Shown here: piece by piece, positions 57,300-64,000 of the stretch
Layout: each line of letters starts with the position of its first letter
Numbering within the stretch: position 1 is the first letter of the stretch
From: Myxococcota bacterium
GTDB lineage: Bacteria > Myxococcota_A > UBA796 > SXON01
Assembly: GCA_040386535.1 (NCBI GenBank)
Contig: JAZKFH010000015.1
Coordinates: 32,001 to 96,000 of the forward strand
Reading direction: 5' to 3'
DNA: 64,000 bases
Position numbers and translations under genes: made by a program
Notes under the pieces: model-generated
Database searches by the model: none
Seen by the model: the letters and a program-made list of their open reading frames with translations, nothing else
What the model was told of the DNA's origin: nothing

Positions 57300-58610
57300 C
57301 TACGTTCCGGCCCGCGCCCCCACGACGCGGTGGATCGCCGTCTCCACCGCCGCCACGATGCGCCGTAGATCGTCGGGCCCCATCACGAGCGGCGGCATGA
57401 TCACGACGGCGTCGCCCAGGCACCGCACGATGACGCCCTCGTCGCGGCAGGCGAGGGTCACGCGGTGGGCGAGCCGCGCCTCGGCCGGGCCGCCGGCGAG
57501 CCCGATCGCGGCCATGAGCCCGATCTGGCGCACCTCGGTGACCGCCGGGTGGGTGAGCGCCGCCATCGCGTCCCGCAACGCCTCGATCCTGGGGGCGAGG
57601 CCCGCGATGACGTGGTCCTCGTCGAACAGATCGAGGGAGGCGAGCGCGGCGGCGCAGGCGAGCGCGTTGCCCGTGTAGGTGTGGCCGTGGAAGAGCGTCT
57701 TCCACTCGGTGTAGGGGCCGCGGAAGGACGCGAACACCGCCTCCGTCGTGAGCGTGGCGGCGAGCGGGAGGTAGCCGCCGGTGAGGCCCTTCGCGACGCA
57801 CAACAGGTCGGGACGCACGGCCGTCTGGTCGATGGCGAACATGGTGCCGGTGCGGCCGAAGCCGGTGGCGACCTCGTCCGCGACGAGCAGCGCGCCCGCG
57901 TCGCGCGCCATGCGGCACAAGGCCTCGAGGAAGGCCGGCGAATGTGTGCGCATGCCCGCCGCTCCCTGGACCAGGGGCTCGAACACGAAGGCGGCGATCG
58001 TGTCGCCGTGCTCGCGGAAGAGGGCCTCGGCCTCGACGAGCAGCGCGGCTTCGCCCTCGCCCGCGCGGTCGGGGGAGGGGATCCGCACGGCGTCGAACAA
58101 CATGGGCTTGTAGATGCCGTGGAACAGCGGGATGCCGCCTACGCTGACGGAGCCGATGGTGTCGCCGTGGTAGGCCTCGGTGAGCGCTGCGAACCGCGTG
58201 CGCCGCGTGTTTCCGCGCTGCTGCTGGGCCTGGAAGGCCATCTTGAGCGCCACCTCCACCGCGGTGGACCCCGAGTCGCTGTAGAACACGCGATCGAAGC
58301 CCGTGAGCGCGGCGAGGCGCGCGGCGAGCGTGATGGCGGTGGTGCCGGCGAGGCCGAGCTGGGTCGTATGCGCGACCCGATCGAGCTGGGCACGGATCGC
58401 GGCGTCGATCTTCGGGTGGCGATGGCCGTGCACGTTGCACCAGAGGGAGCTCGTGCCGTCGAGATACCGCCGCCCCTCGACGTCGATGAGCTCGACCCCC
58501 TCGGCCCGATCCACCACGATCATCGGCTGATCGACCCACTCGTCGTACTGGGTGAACGGGTGCCACACGTGGCGGAGATCGAGCGCTGCCCATTCCGAGG
58601 GGGTGTGCAT
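57300..58610 (-). CDS. bioA: Adenosylmethionine-8-amino-7-oxononanoate transaminase
   Basis: VWHPFTQ, YLDGTSSLWCNVHGH, SDSGSTAVEVALK, YHGDT, EPLVQGAAGM, DEVATGFGRTG, AKGLTGG, HGHTYTGN. Confidence 0.95.
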   Translation of the reverse strand: MHTPSEWAALDLRHVWHPFTQYDEWVDQPMIVVDRAEGVELIDVEGRRYLDGTSSLWCNVHGHRHPKIDAAIRAQLDRVAHTTQLGLAGTTAITLAARLAALTGFDRVFYSDSGSTAVEVALKMAFQAQQQRGNTRRTRFAALTEAYHGDTIGSVSVGGIPLFHGIYKPMLFDAVRIPSPDRAGEGEAALLVEAEALFREHGDTIAAFVFEPLVQGAAGMRTHSPAFLEALCRMARDAGALLVADEVATGFGRTGTMFAIDQTAVRPDLLCVAKGLTGGYLPLAATLTTEAVFASFRGPYTEWKTLFHGHTYTGNALACAAALASLDLFDEDHVIAGLAPRIEALRDAMAALTHPAVTEVRQIGLMAAIGLAGGPAEARLAHRVTLACRDEGVIVRCLGDAVVIMPPLVMGPDDLRRIVAAVETAIHRVVGARAGT

Positions 58611-58703
58611 GGCGCGGGGCTAACGCGCGGCTTAGGCCGATGCCCCCGCGCGTGGAGCCCCTCTCCGCGCGCCGTCGGTTCATCCGCAGGTCAGGAGCGC
58701 AAC

Positions 58704-59960
58704 ATGTCCCTCGTCCCCGTCCACGGCGGTCTCGCGGCCCCGGTCGATCGCATCCTCACCTGGCGCCACAAGAAGGCGTTGATCGCGGAGTCCGTGTCGC
58801 TCCCGAGCATCTCGGTCACCGACGCCGATCTGTCGGTCGTCTACCGCATCGCCGACGGCACGCTCTCCCCGCTGACCGGCTTCATGGACGAGGCCGAGTT
58901 CAACCACGTCCTCGACTTCAAGAACGTCGTCCGCGGCGGCCAGGCCTACGCCTGGACCATCCCGTTCGCGCTTCCCGTCACCGAGGAGGAGGCCGAGCGC
59001 CTCACCATCGGCGAGTACGCGTCCCTGCTCGACGCTCGCGGCCAGCTCATCGGCACGATCAAGGTGTCGAGCCGGTTCGTGTGGGACAAGCAGCGCTTCG
59101 TCGAGAAGGTGTACGGCACCTCGCGCCTCGACCACCCGGGCGCCCGCATCGTGACCGACGATACGCGCGGCACCCTCGTGGGCGGCGAGATCTCGGTGCT
59201 CCCGGCGGGTCGCCACGCCGAGTACGCCGACCTGCTGCTCTCGCCCGCGCGCACCCGCGCCCTCATCGCGGACAAGAAGTGGGAGGCCGCGATGGCCTTC
59301 CAGACCCGCAACCCCCTGCACCGCGCGCACGAGTACGCCCTGGTGTACGGCGTCGAGCAGCTCACGCGCTCGGGCCTCTACGCCGGCGCCGTGCTCAACC
59401 CGCTCGTCGGCCAGCTCAAGGGTGACGATGTGGACGCGTCCACCCGCGTCCGCACCTACCGCATCCTGCGCGACCAGCGCCTCCTCGGTGAGGGCGACTC
59501 CGACCGCGCCCTCTGGGACAGCGTCGGCTACGAGCTGAACGACGTGTTCGAGCTCGTCTGCCTCGACCAGAAGATGTTCTACGGCGGCCCCTCCGAGGCC
59601 GTCATGCACAGCATCTACCGCCAGAACCACGGGTTCTCGCACATCGTGATCGGCCGCAAGCACGCCGATGCGCCCTACGCCGATGGCAAGGCCATCTGGG
59701 GCGACTTCGACGCGCAGGAGATCTTCTCGAACCTCACGGGCGCCCTGCACACCAAGCCGGTCAAGGTCGGCTTCGCCGCCTTCTACGAGTCTATCGGCCG
59801 CGTGGACCTGACCGAGAACCACCCCGGCGTGGCGCCGTACAGCATCTCGGGCACGAAGCTCCGCGAGCAGCTCGTCAGCGGCGAGCGCCCCGACGTGCGC
59901 ATCATCCGCGGCAACGTCGCCGACGTGCTGATCGACAGCTACCGCAGCCGCGCGTCCTGA
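58704..59960 (+). CDS. sat: Sulfate adenylyltransferase (ATP sulfurylase)
   Basis: VPVHGG, LSPLTGFM, AFQTRNPLHRAHEY, M.YGGPSEA.MH..YRQN.GFSH, GRKHA, ISGTKLR. ATG at 58704 after AGGAG. Confidence 0.93.
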   Translation: MSLVPVHGGLAAPVDRILTWRHKKALIAESVSLPSISVTDADLSVVYRIADGTLSPLTGFMDEAEFNHVLDFKNVVRGGQAYAWTIPFALPVTEEEAERLTIGEYASLLDARGQLIGTIKVSSRFVWDKQRFVEKVYGTSRLDHPGARIVTDDTRGTLVGGEISVLPAGRHAEYADLLLSPARTRALIADKKWEAAMAFQTRNPLHRAHEYALVYGVEQLTRSGLYAGAVLNPLVGQLKGDDVDASTRVRTYRILRDQRLLGEGDSDRALWDSVGYELNDVFELVCLDQKMFYGGPSEAVMHSIYRQNHGFSHIVIGRKHADAPYADGKAIWGDFDAQEIFSNLTGALHTKPVKVGFAAFYESIGRVDLTENHPGVAPYSISGTKLREQLVSGERPDVRIIRGNVADVLIDSYRSRAS

Positions 59961-59979
59961 TCCGGCCGCGGGCGCGGGG

Positions 59980-60681
59980 ATGACCGACGGCGCGTTCGTC
60001 TGGCACGACCTGATGTGTACGGACCCCGCGCGCGCGGCGGGGTTCTACGCGGAGGTGTTCGGCTGGACGTGCCGCAACGGCCGCTTCCTGCGCGAGGGCG
60101 CTGCCATCGCCGGGATCGTCGCGCTCGACGCCACGCTGGGATGGCCCTCGCACTGGCTCCCCTATGTGGCGGTGGCCGATGTCGACGCCGCGGTGGGGAA
60201 GGGGATGGCGCACGGCGGGATGCCCTTGCACCCTCCGGCCGACGCGCCGGACGGAGGGCGCTTCGCCGTGCTCGGGGACCCAGGCGGCGCCGCCTTCGGG
60301 CTGGTCCGTGGAGAAGCGCCCCGTCCTGCGGCAGGCGTGGGCGCGATCGTGTGGGACGAACTCCTCACCGATGATGACGCCGTGCGCGGCTTCTACGCGA
60401 GGGCGCTCGGCTACACCGTCGGCGTGGCCGACATGGGGCCGCTCGGGGCGGGGTGGGCGCTCAAGGCCGGTGGAGAGGCCCGCGCCTCGATCCTCCGGTC
60501 GGCGCTCGCGGCGCCCCCGTTCTGGATGCCGTACGTGAGCGTGGCGGACCTCGCGGCGGCCATCGCGAAGGTGACCACGTTCGAGGGGCGGGTGGTGCTC
60601 GCGCCCGTCGAGATCGAGGGCATCGGCACGGTCGCGATCGTGGAGGACCCGACGGGCGCCGTGTTGGGCCTCCTCGGCTAG
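59980..60681 (+). CDS. VOC/glyoxalase-family protein (two-domain)
   Basis: FVWHDL...FYAEVFGW, WLPYVAVADVD, DPGGAAFGL, repeated in a second domain. Confidence 0.88.
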   Translation: MTDGAFVWHDLMCTDPARAAGFYAEVFGWTCRNGRFLREGAAIAGIVALDATLGWPSHWLPYVAVADVDAAVGKGMAHGGMPLHPPADAPDGGRFAVLGDPGGAAFGLVRGEAPRPAAGVGAIVWDELLTDDDAVRGFYARALGYTVGVADMGPLGAGWALKAGGEARASILRSALAAPPFWMPYVSVADLAAAIAKVTTFEGRVVLAPVEIEGIGTVAIVEDPTGAVLGLLG

Positions 60682-61235
60682 GCGTTCGCCGGATCGCCGA
60701 ACAGCGTCCCGATCCCCGCGAGCAGCCGCTCCGGATCGAGCCCGCTGTCGGGCACGTGCACGAAGATCACCTGGCGGGCGGGCATGAGCGCTCGGCCCAC
60801 GGTGTAGAGCCAGGCATTGCAGACGTAGCGCCCGGCGTCGTCATCGACGCGGCCGCCGATGACCCCGGCGAACGTGGCGGCGTCGAGGTTGCTGTACACG
60901 AGCGGGGGGCCACCGGGCTCGAGCACCGCGAGGGTGCGATCGTCGACGTCGAGGCCCGCGCCGCGGTTGTAGCCGCGCGTCTCGACGTCCACGGTGGTCG
61001 TGCGCTGGTCGACGCCGAGCCCGATGACCGCGATCGGATCGAGCGCCAACGCCGCGCGGATCGCGAGGGCCGGGCCCTCCACGAAGCTCACGGGCAGCTC
61101 CAGCCCGGTCACGGCGACCCCGTCAGCGATCCGCCCGTCCACCGCGCGCGCGATGCGGCCGGACGGGTTGTCGATCACGTCGAGGAACCGACCGAATCCC
61201 GTGACGAGCACGCGGCGTGTGCGAGAGGCGACCAT
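60678..61235 (-). CDS. pcp: Pyroglutamyl-peptidase I (C15)
   Basis: VLVTGFGRF...NPS, LPVSF, IGLGV, DAGRYVCN, FVHVP. The ATG at 61235 is preferred over the longer ORF. Confidence 0.85.
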   Translation of the reverse strand: MVASRTRRVLVTGFGRFLDVIDNPSGRIARAVDGRIADGVAVTGLELPVSFVEGPALAIRAALALDPIAVIGLGVDQRTTTVDVETRGYNRGAGLDVDDRTLAVLEPGGPPLVYSNLDAATFAGVIGGRVDDDAGRYVCNAWLYTVGRALMPARQVIFVHVPDSGLDPERLLAGIGTLFGDPANA

Positions 61236-61425
61236 CCGGCAGGCTATCGCGTCCACCACCCTGGGCGCGTGGGCGAAAGGGCGGAGCAAGACCGACACGG
61301 CGGCCGTGACGTCCGGGGGGATTTCACGGAGTTCCGTGACCCGCCACGGGTCGCGCGCGGCGTGCCCACGCCCGGTGTGGCGCAATGTGTCCCCCGCGGG
61401 CCGGTTCTCCGATGAACGCGGGTCC

Positions 61426-61441
61426 TGGCCCGCGCCTTGCT
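61426..61441 (+). promoter_or_regulatory. Sigma54 (-24/-12) promoter
   Basis: TGGCCCGCGCCTTGCT versus consensus TGGCACG-N4-TTGCW, 27 nt before the inferred start at 61469. Confidence 0.6.
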
Positions 61442-61468
61442 TCGTCGTGGCACGTCCGTGAGGTCTCC

Positions 61469-62887
61469 GTGCTCGACGCGTCCCCGTCCTCGTCTCCTCC
61501 CCGCTCCAGCGGCGCCGCCCGCGCGCGCCGGCGCGTCGCCATCCTCGGCGGCGGCTTCAGCGGCTCCGCGTTGGCGATCCAGCTGGCGCGCGCCGGAGGC
61601 CTGGATGTCACGCTCGTCGAGCCCAACGCCGTCGGGCCCGGCGTGGCGTACGCGACCGAACCGGCACACCTCCTGAATGTCCCGGCCGCGAAGATGAGCC
61701 TGTTCCCCGACGCGCCGGACGACTTCCTCACCTGGGCGAACGCGCACGGGGAGCGCGCCACGCCGACCTGCTTCCTGCCGCGCGCCGTGTACGGGGCCTA
61801 CGTGGCCGACACGTTCGCGCGCGTCGCCGCGCCCACGATCCGCGTCGTGCACGCGCGCGTGACGTCGATCGAAGCGGTGGACGGCGGCGCCCGCTGGACG
61901 ATTCGCCTCGACGATGGGAGGGCCCTGGACGCCGACGTGGTCGTCCTCGCCACCGGCAACCCCGCGCCCGCCGATCCGACGGGCCTCGCGGCCATCGTCG
62001 CGAGCCCTCGCTACGTGTCCGATCCGTGGCGCCGCGGCGCGCTCGACGCCGTGGCCCCGGAAGAGCGCATCCTGCTCGTCGGCACCGGCCTGACCGCGTT
62101 GGATGTGCTCGTGTCCCTCCGCGAGCGGGGCCACCACGGGCCCATCCGGGCCCTCTCGCGCCGCGGCCTGCTCCCGCAGCCCCACCTCGTGGCGGGCCGG
62201 CTCCCCGCGGCCGCGCCCGTGACGATCCCGTTGGGCGCGTCGCTCGAGGAGATGGTGCGCATCGTCCACATCGCGGCGCGCGGGGCATCCGCACGTGGCC
62301 AGGCGTGGCAGGGCGTCATCGACGGGCTCCGCGGGTCCACGTCCATGCTCTGGGCCAGCCTCAGCCCGGTGGAGCGCCGCCGGTTCCTGCGGCACCTGCG
62401 TCCGTACTGGGAGGTGCACCGCCACCGGGCGCCCGAGAGCGTGCTCCGCCACGTTGGCCTCCTCCGCGCCAGCGGCGCCCTCGAGGTCGTCGCGGGGCGG
62501 ATCGTCGGGGCGTCCCCATCCCCGGCGGGGGTCGAGGTCAGCGTCCGGAGGCGGCACGCCGCGGACGTCGAGATCGCTCGCTACGACCGCGTCGTGAACA
62601 CCACCGGACCCGACACCGACCTCGCCCGGAGCGGCGGGCCGCTGATCCGTGGGCTCCTGCAGCGCGGGCTCCTCCTCCAGGACCCCGATCGCCTCGGCCT
62701 CCGCACCGACGCCACCGGCGCCGCGATCGGGGCCGACGGCGCCGCGCACGCCAGCCTCTACGTGCTCGGCCAGGCGCGCCGCGCCGACCTCTGGGAGCAC
62801 ACCGCCGTCCCCGATCTCTCCAAGGGGGCCGCCGCGCTCGCGACACACCTCGTCGCGACGGTCGCCGCGTCCGCGACGGTCGGCTGA
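61469..62887 (+). CDS. FAD/NAD(P)-binding protein (YdhS/NAD_binding_9-like)
   Basis: VAILGGGFSG, GVAYAT...HLLNVPAAKMS, FLPRAVYGAY, VLATGN, GTGLTALD, SRRGLLP, WEVHRHR, WEHTAVPD. GTG start at 61469 is inferred. Confidence 0.85.
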   Translation: MLDASPSSSPPRSSGAARARRRVAILGGGFSGSALAIQLARAGGLDVTLVEPNAVGPGVAYATEPAHLLNVPAAKMSLFPDAPDDFLTWANAHGERATPTCFLPRAVYGAYVADTFARVAAPTIRVVHARVTSIEAVDGGARWTIRLDDGRALDADVVVLATGNPAPADPTGLAAIVASPRYVSDPWRRGALDAVAPEERILLVGTGLTALDVLVSLRERGHHGPIRALSRRGLLPQPHLVAGRLPAAAPVTIPLGASLEEMVRIVHIAARGASARGQAWQGVIDGLRGSTSMLWASLSPVERRRFLRHLRPYWEVHRHRAPESVLRHVGLLRASGALEVVAGRIVGASPSPAGVEVSVRRRHAADVEIARYDRVVNTTGPDTDLARSGGPLIRGLLQRGLLLQDPDRLGLRTDATGAAIGADGAAHASLYVLGQARRADLWEHTAVPDLSKGAAALATHLVATVAASATVG

Positions 62888-64000
62888 TCAGGCCCGCAGC
62901 GCTCCGTCGAGCGCGTCGATCAGCCCGTCGATCTGGGCCTCGGTGTGCGCCGCGCTCACCGTGATCCGCACGCGCTCCCGGCCCCGCGGCACCGTCGGCC
63001 AGCGGATCCCGGCCACGTAGTAGCCCTTGTCGAGCAGCTGCTCGGCGACCGCCATCGTGCGTTCACCCGTGACGACGGGCACCACGTGCGCCTCGCCGAG
63101 CGCGGCGGCGCCGATCTGCCAGAGGCCCATGCGGAGCCGGCGCGTGTTGTGGGCGAGGCGCTCGCGCCGCTCGGCGTTTGCGAGGCGCAGCCCGACGAGC
63201 GCGGCGCGGGCCACGGGCTCGGGGAGGCCGGTGGTGTAGACGAACGTGCGGCCGAAGCTCACCAGGAGCTCGCGCAGCTCCGGGGGCCCGACGACGAAGG
63301 CCCCGACGACGCCGAGCGCCTTGCCGAGCGTGCCCATGAGGAAGTCGGGGACGACGCCCTTCGCAAGCGCCGCGCCGCGCCCGCCCGGGCCGAGGCAGCC
63401 GAACGTGTGTGACTCGTCGACCGCGAGCCAGTGGTCGCCCCCGAAGTAGCGGGGCAGGTCGAGCACGTCGCCGTCCATCGAGTAGAGGCCCTCGACCACG
63501 GCGAGGCGGGTGCCCGCGGGGATGTCGGGGCGCCCGTGCTCGAGGATGACCTTCTTCGCGCCGGAGAGCCGCACGCCGTCGATGATCGACGCGTGGTTCA
63601 GCGCGTCGGACGCCACCGTGTCCTCGGCGGTGAGGAGCGTCGTGAGCAGCGCGAGGTTGGCCGTGAACCCGCTGCCGAAGAGGGTGGCGGGGCGCCCGTA
63701 GAGCTCACCCAGGGCCTCCTCCAACGCGAGGTGCGCGGGGCGGTTGCCGCTGATGAGGCGGGACGCGCCGGCCCCGCCGCCGGTGTAGGCGGCGGCGATC
63801 TCGGGGTGCCCGGCGAGCCCGAGGTAGTCGTTGCTGCAGAACAGCGTGACGACGCGACCGTCGACCCGGGCCTCGGCGCCGTCGGTCGGCTCGACCAGCC
63901 GGAGGCGGCGGAGGAGCCCCTCCTTGCGCGCCGCGTCGACCCGCTCCGCGAGGACGGTGTAGCGGCTGGCGGGCCCGGCGCCGCTGGAGGCGCGATCGCT
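62888..64000 (-). CDS. bioF: 8-amino-7-oxononanoate synthase (5' end lies outside the window)
   Basis: The frame is open to the window edge. FCSNDYLGLA, GAGASRLISG, SGFTAN, SDALNHASIIDG, YSMDGD, DESH, GTLGKA, PTVP. Confidence 0.92.
   Translation of the reverse strand, partial: SDRASSGAGPASRYTVLAERVDAARKEGLLRRLRLVEPTDGAEARVDGRVVTLFCSNDYLGLAGHPEIAAAYTGGGAGASRLISGNRPAHLALEEALGELYGRPATLFGSGFTANLALLTTLLTAEDTVASDALNHASIIDGVRLSGAKKVILEHGRPDIPAGTRLAVVEGLYSMDGDVLDLPRYFGGDHWLAVDESHTFGCLGPGGRGAALAKGVVPDFLMGTLGKALGVVGAFVVGPPELRELLVSFGRTFVYTTGLPEPVARAALVGLRLANAERRERLAHNTRRLRMGLWQIGAAALGEAHVVPVVTGERTMAVAEQLLDKGYYVAGIRWPTVPRGRERVRITVSAAHTEAQIDGLIDALDGALRA

Overview
A very GC-rich (roughly 70% by eye), gene-dense bacterial chromosomal window. 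It is most consistent with a Myxococcota/deltaproteobacterial organism, given the CarD/CdnL next to cysS, an MglA-family GTPase, an AgmX/PglI-type domain, a myxobacterial-type Uma2 protein and many acidic lipoproteins. About 58 CDS and one tRNA-Leu(CAG) can be supported. Housekeeping genes include cysS, rdgB, recJ, lgt, aconitase, thiG/thiE, two beta-oxidation/thiolase clusters, bioA/bioF and sat. A large block of uncharacterised envelope genes includes a three-beta-propeller plus beta-barrel operon, PKD lipoproteins, GT-C/TMTC-like and GT4 glycosyltransferases and Cys-rich lipoproteins. The most striking accessory element is a RAYT-like HUH (Y1) nuclease gene with a C-terminal HTH (50031-50831). 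It has a sigma54-type promoter and is bracketed by inverted arrays of an unusual 46-bp symmetric unit (GGTGACAAAC-N6-GGTG-N6-CACC-N6-GTTGNNCACC, 51-bp period). Other notable signals are a gene-free TTCCTGCTTTCC/GGAAGGCAGGAA hairpin array (54845-55278), a radical SAM/SPASM enzyme with a peptide-like membrane-anchored N-terminus, an enoyl-CoA hydratase fused to a GspE/PilB N-terminal domain, a tail-anchored MglA-like GTPase, and a recurring TA(G/A)NNN-N5-7-ATG pattern suggesting leaderless mRNAs. All product calls come from motif recognition by eye; no searches were run.
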